Origin: Candidatus Enterousia sp.
GTDB lineage: Bacteria; Pseudomonadota; Alphaproteobacteria; Rs-D84
Direction: 5' to 3'
NCBI GenBank assembly: GCA_045133095.1
Contig: JBGUTP010000016.1
Coordinates: 76,758-140,757 of the forward strand
Length of the DNA: 64,000 nt
Both the position numbers and the translations under genes were made by a program. Each line of letters starts with the position of its first letter. The stretch's first letter is position 1. Under the pieces are notes generated by a model that made no database searches, was not told the DNA's origin, and saw only the letters and a list, made by a program, of their open reading frames with translations. This document shows, piece after piece, positions 10,325-19,768 of the stretch.

Positions 10325-12096
10325 TAGATACAGAAGTTTCACGCACCTTTGACAGACGAAGCGCACTGTTCCTTAGTGCGGGGGCAGTGTTGACGTCTGT
10401 GCTGGTGATGCGTATGCTGCACATGCAATTGTTTAGTTATCAGGATTATAAGAAAAAAAGCGAAAACAATTCGTTCCGTATTCAAATCGATATGCCAGAA
10501 AGAGGTAAAATTTTGGCACGTGGGGGAACACCTATTTCACGAGATATGCCTATATACAGAATTTATATCATCCCAGAAGAAGCAATTGATATAGAAGACT
10601 TGTTAAAAATTGTTGAACATGATTTAAATTTAAAACCAAAGAAAATCCAACGCATACGCGCAAAAATAAAAAAACAAATGCGCTTTCAACCTGTACTGGT
10701 CAGCGAAAATTCAGATTGGAAACTGTTGGCAAAATTACAGGCAAAAAATCTGCCGGGGTTACATGTGGAAAGCGGATACGCGCGTGTTTATGAACTGGGG
10801 CAGGCAGGGGCGCAAATTTTTGGTTATGTCGGTGACCCGGCAAAACCTGTTCCAGGGGCGCCGTTTTTAACAACTGGAATCACGGGGTTGGAAAAGAAAT
10901 ACGATGACGTGATGAAAGGGAAAGCCGGACAGACCGTATTGGTTACTAATGCCGTGGGACGTGTCACAGGCGAAGATAAAACACAATTTATAGCACCTGT
11001 TGTGGGAAATGATGTAAAGACAACTATACACGATGGGGCGCAAAGGGTTTTATTTGATGCACTGACCGCGCACAGGTCCGGGTGTGGGGTTGCATTGGAT
11101 ATTAATACAGGGGATATTCTGGCGATGGTGTCCGCACCCAGTTTTGACCCTAATATCTTTGCACAAGATGATGGTGAAGAATATATTGATACACTGCGAG
11201 ATGATGTGGCAAAGCCTTTTATGAACAAGGCTGTTGAAGGTTTATATCCACCAGGGTCCACGTTCAAAATCGTTGTGGCGTTGGCGGCACTTGAGGCAGG
11301 CGCAATTACAGAAAAAGAAAAAATATTTTGTCCGGGATACTGGGATTATGGCGACAGAAGATATCACTGTTGGGAAGACAAAGGGCATGGATGGGTCGAT
11401 TTAGCAAAAGCATTAAAGCATTCGTGCGACATTTATTTCTATCAGGTGGCATTGCGCATTGGAATTGATGCTATTAAAGAAATGGCGGTCAGACTTGGGT
11501 TCACACAAAAATTCATGGAAGATGTTATCCCGCGGGAAATGAGCGGGGTTATCCCTGATAGGCACTGGAAAGAAAAACACGTCGGCGCAAGGTGGGTGCA
11601 TGGTGACACTGTTATATCTGGAATTGGTCAGGGATTTATTTTGGCAAATTGTTTGCAATTGGCAATTATGACCGCACGTGCAACATCCAATAAAGTTGTG
11701 GTGCCACGGTTGATTGCAAGTGATGAAAAACCAAAGTTTAAAAAAATGGGGCTGCAGCAGAAAAATATCAAAGCCGTATTAAATGGATTGGAACAAGTGC
11801 TTAAACCTGGTGGTACCGCCAGTGGCAGCGCAATAAACGTAGATGGCGCAAAAATGGGTGGAAAAACCGGAACTTCACAGGTGCGAAGCATTTCAAAAGC
11901 AGAACGTGCAAGCGGTGTTCTGACCAATGAACAATTAAAGTGGCACATGCGAAACCATGGGTTGTTTGTTGGGTATGCGCCACTGGATGCGCCAAAATAC
12001 GCCGTATGCGTCGTTACAGAACACGCCGGAAGCAGTGGTCCCGCCGCACGTACAGCCGCAAAAGTTATGCGCGAATTGTTAAAGGAGAATAAATAA
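10321..12096 (+). CDS. mrdA: Peptidoglycan D,D-transpeptidase PBP2
   Basis: N-terminal TM segment, SXXK motif (GSTFK) and KTGT. Synteny with rodA supports it. Confidence 0.85.
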   Translation: MIDTEVSRTFDRRSALFLSAGAVLTSVLVMRMLHMQLFSYQDYKKKSENNSFRIQIDMPERGKILARGGTPISRDMPIYRIYIIPEEAIDIEDLLKIVEHDLNLKPKKIQRIRAKIKKQMRFQPVLVSENSDWKLLAKLQAKNLPGLHVESGYARVYELGQAGAQIFGYVGDPAKPVPGAPFLTTGITGLEKKYDDVMKGKAGQTVLVTNAVGRVTGEDKTQFIAPVVGNDVKTTIHDGAQRVLFDALTAHRSGCGVALDINTGDILAMVSAPSFDPNIFAQDDGEEYIDTLRDDVAKPFMNKAVEGLYPPGSTFKIVVALAALEAGAITEKEKIFCPGYWDYGDRRYHCWEDKGHGWVDLAKALKHSCDIYFYQVALRIGIDAIKEMAVRLGFTQKFMEDVIPREMSGVIPDRHWKEKHVGARWVHGDTVISGIGQGFILANCLQLAIMTARATSNKVVVPRLIASDEKPKFKKMGLQQKNIKAVLNGLEQVLKPGGTASGSAINVDGAKMGGKTGTSQVRSISKAERASGVLTNEQLKWHMRNHGLFVGYAPLDAPKYAVCVVTEHAGSSGPAARTAAKVMRELLKENK

Positions 12097-12098
12097 CT

Positions 12099-13244
12099 AT
12101 GTCCAAACAAATTCGTGTTTCTAATGCTAATATGATGAACTTCTCGGAAAAACTTAGTCGTTTTTCATGGGGAATGTTTGTGCCTATGTGCATGGTTCTG
12201 GCAATTTCTATTTTGGTTTTATATTCTGCGGGTGGGGGAAATTGGCGACCGTTTGCATTGTCACAATTAATGAAAATTATGCTGGGGTTCGGGGTTTTCT
12301 TCTTTGCAGCGTTTACTAATATAAAAACATGGATTAAGTCCGCATATCTGATTTATGCAATTGCACTGATTATGATTGTGCTGGTGACTTTTGTTGGTCA
12401 TACCGGGATGGGGGCGCAAAGATGGCTGAACCTGGGGGTGATACATATTCAACCATCGGAATTAATTAAGATTGCGCTGGTGCTGGCGTTGGCGCGGTAT
12501 TTCGCATGGTTTAATTCCGTTGAACTGGGAAAATTTAAAAACTATCTGGTGCCGGGGTTGATGTTGTTGGTTCCGTTCGGTCTGATTGTGGCACAGCCTG
12601 ATTTAGGAACCGCGTTATCGTTGGGGATGATTACCGTTGGGGTGTTTTATATTGTCGGCGCAAATAAAAAATGGTTTATTATCGCGGCAATATTAGGACT
12701 GATGGCAGCACCCGTGGTTTGGTACGGCGGGTTGCACGATTATCAGCGTGGCAGAATTATTACTTTTATCAATCCTGACAGCGATGTTCAAGGCGCGGGA
12801 TATCAAATAAATCAGGCTAAGATTGCGTTCGGCAGTGGGGGAATGCTGGGCAAGGGGTATATGAAAGGGTCACAGTCACAACAATCTTTCCTGCCGGAAA
12901 AACAAACGGACTTTATATTTACGATGCTGGGGGAAGAATTTGGTTTTATGGGCGCGTTCGGGCTGTTGATGATTTATACTTGGATTGTCGTGGTGTTGTT
13001 CTGGTGCGCTAAAATGTGCAGAAACAGATTTGGGCAACTTATATGCTTTGGTTTTATGTTGAACTTTTTTGTTTATTACTTTATAAATATCTCGATGGTT
13101 TTGGGATTACTGCCGACGGTGGGGGTACCGTTGCCCCTGATGTCGTTCGGTGGCAGCAGTTTGCTGTCACTGATGTTCGGGTTCGGTTTATGCCAAAATG
13201 CGTATATTCACAAAGACCAACAATTATCTGCAAAGGGGAGTTAA
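12099..13244 (+). CDS. rodA: Peptidoglycan glycosyltransferase RodA (SEDS family)
   Basis: A 10-TM FtsW/RodA/SpoVE-type sequence lying downstream of mrdA. Confidence 0.85.
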   Translation: MSKQIRVSNANMMNFSEKLSRFSWGMFVPMCMVLAISILVLYSAGGGNWRPFALSQLMKIMLGFGVFFFAAFTNIKTWIKSAYLIYAIALIMIVLVTFVGHTGMGAQRWLNLGVIHIQPSELIKIALVLALARYFAWFNSVELGKFKNYLVPGLMLLVPFGLIVAQPDLGTALSLGMITVGVFYIVGANKKWFIIAAILGLMAAPVVWYGGLHDYQRGRIITFINPDSDVQGAGYQINQAKIAFGSGGMLGKGYMKGSQSQQSFLPEKQTDFIFTMLGEEFGFMGAFGLLMIYTWIVVVLFWCAKMCRNRFGQLICFGFMLNFFVYYFINISMVLGLLPTVGVPLPLMSFGGSSLLSLMFGFGLCQNAYIHKDQQLSAKGS

Positions 13245-13248
13245 GGAT

Positions 13249-15486
13249 ATGAATTTACTGATTGTGGAGTCTCCGTCAAAAGCAAAAACTATTGAAAAAT
13301 ACCTGGGGGCAGGGTGGCGCGTTATTGCGTCTGTTGGTCATGTGCGTGACTTGGTGCCGGAAAATGGCAGCGTAGATACAGAAAATAATTTCAAAATGAA
13401 ATGGCAAATTATGCCAGGTAAAGAAAAACAAATTAAACTGATTACAGATGAACTGAAAAAAGCAGATGCTGTTTATTTGGCAAGCGACCCGGACCGCGAA
13501 GGAGAGGCTATTGCGTGGCACTTGCTGGATATATTAAAGGCAAAAAGATTACTGAAAGATAAAAAAGTTTATCGTGTGGCGTTTCATGAAATTACCAAGA
13601 AAGCAGTGCAAGCCGCTATTGAAAGCCCACGTGAAATTGATAAAAATTTAGTCGATGCGTATCTGGTAAGACGCGCGTTGGATTATCTGATTGGATTTGG
13701 AATTTCACCATTGCTGTGGCGCAGAAACTTGGGGAAGTCCGCAGGACGTGTGCAATCGGTGGCGGTGAAATTAGTAGTTGACCGCGAAAAAGAAATTGAA
13801 GGATTTAAACCTGTTGAATATTGGAGTTTGGAATCAGTCTGTACGGCAGATTCTGTGGCATTCAAGGCAATGCTTAATAAATTCAACGGACAAAAAATCG
13901 AAAAAATGACCATACAAAATAAAGATATGGTTGACGATATTTTAAATCAAGTTGGAACACCAGAAATTAACGCAAGTGTTGTTAATATCGAAAAGAAAAA
14001 AACACAAAGAAAACCAGCAGCACCTTTTACAACTTCGACCCTGCAACAGGAAGCGTCGCGTAAATTATACTTTTCATCTAAACGTACTATGAGTGCGGCA
14101 CAACATCTGTATGAACAGGGGTTAATAACATATATGCGAACAGACGCAACAAACCTGAATGCGGATGCAGTTAATGAAATTCGTGGTTTTATCGGACGTG
14201 AATATGGGGAAGGTTTCCTGCCCGGGGTGCCAAATGTTTATGCAACAAAATCTAAAAACGCACAGGAAGCACACGAAGCAATTCGACCAACACATTTCGA
14301 TGCAATGGCTAAAAATCTTAGCGGTGATGAAGCAAAGTTATATGATTTAATTTGGAAACGCACAATTGCATGTCAGATGAAAAATGCAGAATTTGATTCT
14401 GTTGCCGCCGATATTGAAACCGACAATAAGGTCGCGGTATTTCATGCCGTCGGGTCTGTGCGGACCTTTGATGGATTTATGAAGGTCTATACAGAAGATA
14501 AAGATGACGAAGAAGAAAAGAAAGAATCTAAGTTGCCTGTGATGAATGTCGGGGATAAAATTATTATCAGTGAACTGGTCCCGGAACAACATTTCACACA
14601 GCCACCCGCAAGATATACAGAAGCGTCACTGGTTAAAAAATTAGAAGAGTTGGGAATTGGACGTCCATCAACATACGCAACTATTATGTCAACTATTGTT
14701 GACCGCGAATATGTCGAACAAGATAAACAAAGACGTTTTCATCCGACATCTGGTGGGTGGATTATTGCATCTTATCTGAATAAGTATTTTACTGATTTAG
14801 TCGATGTCAATTTTACCGCAAAAACAGAAGATACTTTGGACGATGTTTCAAATGGTAAACAAGATAAAATTACGGCACTGGAAAATTTCTGGCGACCAAC
14901 AGATGCAATGATTGATGGCGCACGTGGAATTAAAACGTCTGAAATCATTGATGAAATTAATGATTTTATGCATAAACACTTGTTCGCAGATGATAATGAT
15001 AAATGCCCAGAATGTGGGGCAAAACTGGGGATTAAGTTATCTAAGTTTGGTGCATTTATTGGTTGTGAAAAATATCCGACGTGCAAATATACTAAACAAT
15101 TATCAAAAAACGAAAAAGCCGCAGATGCCACACAATCCGCCGTACAGAACGTTAAATCTGATGCGGTTGAATTAGGTGATGGTATCGAATTTCGTGTTGG
15201 TAAATTTGGTCCATACGTCACAGATGGTGCAAAAAATGTCGCCGCAAAACAATATAATGCGGAAACCATTACGTTGGAAATAGCGCGCGAATTGTTGGCA
15301 AATGCAGGTAAAAAAGCAGAACCAATAAAAATCGGTGAAAATCCATCAACAAAAAAAATGATTTTCTTTTATCCAACCGGGCGTTATGGGGCGTATATTT
15401 CGTCTAATCGGGTTAATGTGTCCGTGAAAGAACAACCAGATTTAGAAACCGCAATAAAACTTATTAACAACAAGACTAAGAAATAA
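13249..15486 (+). CDS. topA: DNA topoisomerase I
   Basis: Toprim N-terminus MNLLIVESPSKAKTIEKYLG and a C-terminal C4 zinc ribbon (CPECG...CEKYPTC). The start has AAGGGGAG upstream. Confidence 0.9.
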   Translation: MNLLIVESPSKAKTIEKYLGAGWRVIASVGHVRDLVPENGSVDTENNFKMKWQIMPGKEKQIKLITDELKKADAVYLASDPDREGEAIAWHLLDILKAKRLLKDKKVYRVAFHEITKKAVQAAIESPREIDKNLVDAYLVRRALDYLIGFGISPLLWRRNLGKSAGRVQSVAVKLVVDREKEIEGFKPVEYWSLESVCTADSVAFKAMLNKFNGQKIEKMTIQNKDMVDDILNQVGTPEINASVVNIEKKKTQRKPAAPFTTSTLQQEASRKLYFSSKRTMSAAQHLYEQGLITYMRTDATNLNADAVNEIRGFIGREYGEGFLPGVPNVYATKSKNAQEAHEAIRPTHFDAMAKNLSGDEAKLYDLIWKRTIACQMKNAEFDSVAADIETDNKVAVFHAVGSVRTFDGFMKVYTEDKDDEEEKKESKLPVMNVGDKIIISELVPEQHFTQPPARYTEASLVKKLEELGIGRPSTYATIMSTIVDREYVEQDKQRRFHPTSGGWIIASYLNKYFTDLVDVNFTAKTEDTLDDVSNGKQDKITALENFWRPTDAMIDGARGIKTSEIIDEINDFMHKHLFADDNDKCPECGAKLGIKLSKFGAFIGCEKYPTCKYTKQLSKNEKAADATQSAVQNVKSDAVELGDGIEFRVGKFGPYVTDGAKNVAAKQYNAETITLEIARELLANAGKKAEPIKIGENPSTKKMIFFYPTGRYGAYISSNRVNVSVKEQPDLETAIKLINNKTKK

Positions 15487-15488
15487 TA

Positions 15489-17108
15489 ATGGCACAAGGT
15501 AAATACGATTATAAAAATTTTACCGATGAATTGCGTGAACGACTTTCAATCGTTGATGTCGTAGGACGGCGTGTGCCATTAACTAAAAAAGGCGACAGGT
15601 ATTGGGGATGCTGTCCGTTTCATAATGAAAAAACCCCAAGTTTTACCGTACACGAAGAAAAAGGCTTTTTTAAATGCTTTGGTTGTGGTGAAGGTGGCGA
15701 TATTATTTCTTTCACCATGAAAGTAAATAATATGGAATTTAGGGCGGCTATTGAAGAACTGGCAAGTATGGCAGGGATGAAAATGCCTGATTATAAACCA
15801 CGTGACCCAAAGATTGTTAAACGTGAAGAGGCGTTGTTTGATATCTGCGATAAAGCGGCGCAAACATTTTCAGAAAGACTGTTTTCACCAGATGGGGCGC
15901 AGGCTTTGGAATATATCAGAGGGCGCGGATTTAGCGATGAAATTATAAAAAAATATCGTATCGGGTATGCGCCAAAAAATAATATCATTGCAAATAAATA
16001 TGCTAATTCGCCTTATTTGATTGATGCGGGTCTTTGTCGGCGCGGAGATTATGGATTGTACGATTTCTTTCGCGATAAATTGATGTTTCCACTGTTTAAC
16101 GCCAAAGGAAATATTGTTGCTTTTTCGGGGCGGTCGATGGATGGGTCGGAACCTAAGTATAAAAATACAACAGATACAGATATTTTTCACAAGCGCAAGA
16201 CTGTGTTCGGGTTGAACTTTGCACGTGATGCAATTCATCGCGCAAACAGAAGCATTGTCGTAGAAGGACAGATTGACGCAATTAAAATGCAAACAAATGG
16301 GTTCGGGGAAACTGTTGCACCTTTGGGTACCGCATTAACCGAAGACCATATAAATTTACTGTGTAAACTTAACAGAAATATCATATTTTGTTTTGATGGT
16401 GATGGCGCAGGACAAAAAGCCGCAAGACGTGCATGCGGTATTATGATACCATTCCTGCGCGATACGTCTGATGTTCGTTTTGCGTTCGTTACAGGGGGCA
16501 AGGACCCTGATGAAATTCTGCAGAAATCCGGCGTAGAGGCCATGAAAAAAATTATCGATGACGCAACACCACTGGTGGATTTTTTGTGGAACATTACTAA
16601 TACTGATTTCCTGGTTTCAACACCGGGTGGACGTGTGCAAGCGGAAAAATTCTTGAAAGGGGAATTGGAAAAAATTTCCGATGCAGATTTAAAATCAGAA
16701 ATGCAAAAAGAATATGAATCACGAAAATTTAGTTCTTGGCGCAGATGGAAAAAGCAAGATAATATCGCAAAAATTAAGTTGCCTGATATTGATACGATTA
16801 CTAAAAATACACTGGTGTATATTGTGAATTCTTTCCCGGAATTGGCGGAAAGATATTTGGAATTTTTGGGAACACTGGGGGTGGATTTTGATGGCGAGAC
16901 AAAAGACTTTAATATGACTGTCGCAGCCGCAGAAAAATTTATAGTGTCTTTGAAATTGCAAAGATATTTAGATAAATTAAGTGAACAAAAAAAACAATTA
17001 ACTATTCGTGGAATGGCGGGTGATGAAACAGTACGCAGTGAAATTGTGCGTATTGATGCGGAACTTGAAAAATATCGCGAAAAATTAGAACTGTTAATGT
17101 CTTTTTAG
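15489..17108 (+). CDS. dnaG: DNA primase
   Basis: CHC2 zinc finger (CCPFHNEKTPSF), a Toprim domain (EGQIDAI) and the FDGDxAG motif. Confidence 0.9.
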   Translation: MAQGKYDYKNFTDELRERLSIVDVVGRRVPLTKKGDRYWGCCPFHNEKTPSFTVHEEKGFFKCFGCGEGGDIISFTMKVNNMEFRAAIEELASMAGMKMPDYKPRDPKIVKREEALFDICDKAAQTFSERLFSPDGAQALEYIRGRGFSDEIIKKYRIGYAPKNNIIANKYANSPYLIDAGLCRRGDYGLYDFFRDKLMFPLFNAKGNIVAFSGRSMDGSEPKYKNTTDTDIFHKRKTVFGLNFARDAIHRANRSIVVEGQIDAIKMQTNGFGETVAPLGTALTEDHINLLCKLNRNIIFCFDGDGAGQKAARRACGIMIPFLRDTSDVRFAFVTGGKDPDEILQKSGVEAMKKIIDDATPLVDFLWNITNTDFLVSTPGGRVQAEKFLKGELEKISDADLKSEMQKEYESRKFSSWRRWKKQDNIAKIKLPDIDTITKNTLVYIVNSFPELAERYLEFLGTLGVDFDGETKDFNMTVAAAEKFIVSLKLQRYLDKLSEQKKQLTIRGMAGDETVRSEIVRIDAELEKYREKLELLMSF

Positions 17109-17128
17109 TGGATAGTGGTGGCATGATA

Positions 17129-17177
17129 AAATTACCGGCTTTTTTGATAAAAATATTCAAAAAAGCCGGTAATTTTT
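17129..17177. terminator. Long bidirectional hairpin terminator between dnaG and ychF
   Basis: Near-perfect inverted repeat aaattaccggctttttt...aaaaaagccggtaatttt. Confidence 0.6.
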
Positions 17178-17190
17178 AACAAATTGATTT

Positions 17191-18270
17191 TTAATTATTA
17201 AACAAGAAATGGCAAATGTCGCCGGGTTGCATTATATAATCGCGACCAACAAGACGCATTTTGCCGGCTTCTTTGACCGCGACTTCACCGCCAAGTGATA
17301 TAAAATCGTCCGGACTGATTACTTCGGCACGAATAAAACCTTTTTCAAAATCAGTGTGGATTTTGCCCGCCGCCTGGGGTGCGGTCATGCCAGCCTTTAT
17401 GGTCCATGCGTGTGCTTCCTTGGGTCCAATGGTATAATATGTTTGCAAGCCCAATGTTTTATAGCCGGTCTTAATCACCTGGTCCAAGCCAGATTCGGTT
17501 AACCCCAGGTCGTCCAAAAACATCTTGCGTTCGTCGGGGTCAACAATCTGTGATATTTCCATTTCTATCTTGGATGAAATCACCAGAACATCATTTGTGG
17601 CACCAAACTTTTCACGAACCATGTCCGAATATTTATTGCCGGTGGCAGCAGATGCTTCTTCGACATTGCAAACGTATATCACAGGCTTGGTCGTTAATAA
17701 ATTAAAAGGCGCGGCATCAACATCGCCCAGGCGCGCAGGTATCGATTTTTCCAAATTCGCCTTGATAGTATTTGCGTCCGCTAATAATTTAATAGCATCC
17801 TTGTCCAGACCACGTGCCTTTTTTTCAAGATTTTTTATCTGTTTTTCTATGCTTTCCAGGTCCGCCAACATTAATTCTGTTTCAATTGTTTCAATGTCCG
17901 CCAATGGGTCTATACGCCCGTTTACATGGACTATGTCATCATTTTCAAAACATCTGACAACATGAATTATGGCATCAGTTGATAATATATTGCCCAAGAA
18001 TTTATTCCCCAGACCTTCGCCCGCAGATGCACCCTTAACCAGACCTGCGATATCAACAATTTCCAGTTGTGTTGGTAATATCTTCTGAGAGCCAGCAACA
18101 CGCGCCAAAGCATGCAATGTTGCGTCCGGTACAACAACACGACCGGTGTTTGGTTCGATTGTACAGAACGGATAATTTTGCGCGTCCGCCGCCGCACTTT
18201 GCGTTAATGCATTAAATAATGTAGATTTACCAACGTTTGGCAGACCCACAATTCCACAATTGAATCCCAT
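17191..18270 (-). CDS. ychF: Ribosome-binding ATPase YchF
   Basis: MGFNCGIVGLPNVGKSTLFNALT, a C-terminal TGS domain, and the YchF-typical motif. Confidence 0.9.
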   Translation of the reverse strand: MGFNCGIVGLPNVGKSTLFNALTQSAAADAQNYPFCTIEPNTGRVVVPDATLHALARVAGSQKILPTQLEIVDIAGLVKGASAGEGLGNKFLGNILSTDAIIHVVRCFENDDIVHVNGRIDPLADIETIETELMLADLESIEKQIKNLEKKARGLDKDAIKLLADANTIKANLEKSIPARLGDVDAAPFNLLTTKPVIYVCNVEEASAATGNKYSDMVREKFGATNDVLVISSKIEMEISQIVDPDERKMFLDDLGLTESGLDQVIKTGYKTLGLQTYYTIGPKEAHAWTIKAGMTAPQAAGKIHTDFEKGFIRAEVISPDDFISLGGEVAVKEAGKMRLVGRDYIMQPGDICHFLFNN

Positions 18271-18297
18271 AATAAAATCCTTTATAATGGGTTTAAT

Positions 18298-18966
18298 ATG
18301 TCATACATGTGGAACGAATTCAACATAAAAACTTTTCCCGCGGAAACTGTTGTTTACCGCGATGGCGTGTACTGCCCAGAATTATCAACACTGCCCGATG
18401 CGCCGATTAATAAAAATTATGATTTGCCGGTGCATGTTATTTTCGTTGGTGAAATTGATGGGGAAAATAATTTAAATATCGCGGTCGGGGCGGAAAATCA
18501 AAAAGTAATTTTAAGCGTTAATTTAAAAATTAAAAAGCCGGCTTTTTTGAACATTTTTATTAAAAACGCCGGGAAAAATTCTTGTATTAACGGTACCGTG
18601 TTAATGGATAATTATTCTGAATTAACGTATAAATGCGTGGCACATCATTTATATGAAAATACCGGTATTTTGATAAAAGATAAGTTAATTGGACGGCAAA
18701 ATTCATATTCTAAATTATCAGGTACTGCGATTATTGATAAAGATTGTGAAAGATGTGATTCTGATGTCGGTTTTGTGGCAATGGTGGAAGATGGGGCAAA
18801 AATAGAATTTATGCCCGAACAACGAATTTCCGCAGTGCCTTTCGGTGCAGAACACAGCGCAAGTATTTTTAAACCAACCAAAGCACAGATATTTTATCTG
18901 CGTGGGGCAGGGCTGTCAGGCGCAGAGGTTGACACAGTTTTAAAAGAAGCGTTTTTAAGTGAGTAG
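18298..18966 (+). CDS. Short SufD/SufB-family protein (C-terminal half only)
   Basis: The C-terminal motif ...EHSASIF...IFYLRGAGLSGAEVDTVLKEAFL matches the SufB/SufD signature FYLxSRGxxxxEAxxLLxxAF. The protein is only 222 aa. No sufB, sufC or sufS is adjacent. Confidence 0.5.
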   Translation: MSYMWNEFNIKTFPAETVVYRDGVYCPELSTLPDAPINKNYDLPVHVIFVGEIDGENNLNIAVGAENQKVILSVNLKIKKPAFLNIFIKNAGKNSCINGTVLMDNYSELTYKCVAHHLYENTGILIKDKLIGRQNSYSKLSGTAIIDKDCERCDSDVGFVAMVEDGAKIEFMPEQRISAVPFGAEHSASIFKPTKAQIFYLRGAGLSGAEVDTVLKEAFLSE

Positions 18967-18999
18967 TGGTCAAAAGAGAATGCAGAATACCGTGCCATA

Positions 19000-19034
19000 A
19001 AAAAACCGCCAATCGGCGGAGTTTTTATTTTTTC
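19000..19034. terminator. Bidirectional terminator
   Basis: Hairpin ccgccaatcggcgg flanked by an A-run and T-runs. It overlaps the 3' end of rpmJ. Confidence 0.5.
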
Positions 19035-19159
19035 TTAAAGCCCTGTTTCGCTTTGAACTTTGGATTATCAGGGTCAATTAAGATAACTTGCTTTCCACGA
19101 CGGATTTGTTTTACATTACCGCGTTTCTTCCAAGCCTTTAATGAACTTAAAAATTTCAT
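19025..19159 (-). CDS. rpmJ: 50S ribosomal protein L36, Cys-less type B (44 aa)
   Basis: Hand translation gives MKFLSSLKAWKKRGNVKQIRRGKQVILIDPDNPKFKAKQGFKKK. This is very similar to E. coli YkgO/RpmJ2 ([46 protein letters not shown]). It is below the 60-aa cutoff of the ORF track. Confidence 0.8.
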   Translation of the reverse strand: MKFLSSLKAWKKRGNVKQIRRGKQVILIDPDNPKFKAKQGFKKK

Positions 19160-19227
19160 GTCGTTATCCTTTTTACAATGGCGATTATAAACATATTTTT
19201 TGAAAAATCAAATAATAATATTATTTA

Positions 19228-19465
19228 TTGTTGTTGTTGTTGGGGCTGTTTATATTGTTGAAAACTGTTTTTAGTTTTTTATCAACAAGTTTTTAACAAA
19301 AAAATCCAGGTTTTCTGCGGAATCTTATAAAGATGTTGAAAAAATACAAATGAAATTAACATGTTGATAACTTAGCGATTTTCAACAGTTTTAACAATTT
19401 TAGGGGGTGGGCTTTTTGTGCTTGTTGAAAATTGTTGAAATTGGTATAATTATCAACAAGGACGA
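19228..19465. promoter_or_regulatory. Iteron/DnaA-box-like motif array plus (TTG)5 microsatellite, overlapping the virB3 promoter
   Basis: At least nine copies of TTGTTGAAAA / TTATCAACA(AG) lie in both orientations (19255, 19279, 19335, 19363, 19379, 19423, 19433, 19450). TTATCAACA is one mismatch from the DnaA box TTATCCACA. A TATAAT sits at 19445-19450. Confidence 0.5.
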
Positions 19466-19471
19466 GAGACT

Positions 19472-19768
19472 ATGAAACAGCAAGTATTAAAAGCATTGGC
19501 AAACCCTTCGCACATTTTTTATGTGCCTTATTCGTTAGCCATACTTAATTTTGCCGTGCAGTTTATTATTTTTATGGTCTTGTTTGTTGTGTCGCTGGTT
19601 GCAACAAAGGGAAGTAAGCCATTATCACCGCTGGTTTTCTTGCTGTCGGTTATTGTGGTGCATTCGATAATTGCAATCTTTTCAAAGCGTGACCCACAAT
19701 TGGGGCAGATTGTGACCGCTAAGTTACAATTGTTTAAAAAGAAAATACCAGGAAAATTAGCAGCATGA
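19472..19768 (+). CDS. Type IV secretion protein VirB3/TrbD-like
   Basis: A 98-aa protein with two TM segments. Its stop overlaps the virB4 start, as in trbD-trbE/virB3-virB4 operons. Confidence 0.55.
   Translation: MKQQVLKALANPSHIFYVPYSLAILNFAVQFIIFMVLFVVSLVATKGSKPLSPLVFLLSVIVVHSIIAIFSKRDPQLGQIVTAKLQLFKKKIPGKLAA

Noticed and set aside
14772-15269. 165-aa ORF antisense to topA, and 15579-16594 ORFs antisense to dnaG
   Set aside because: Embedded in well-supported conserved genes on the opposite strand.
19190-19470. CtrA-box (TTAA-N7-TTAAC) or clear IHF site in the iteron region
   Set aside because: TTAAC occurrences lack the second half-site at N7 spacing. Only the DnaA-box-like and iteron motifs are supported.
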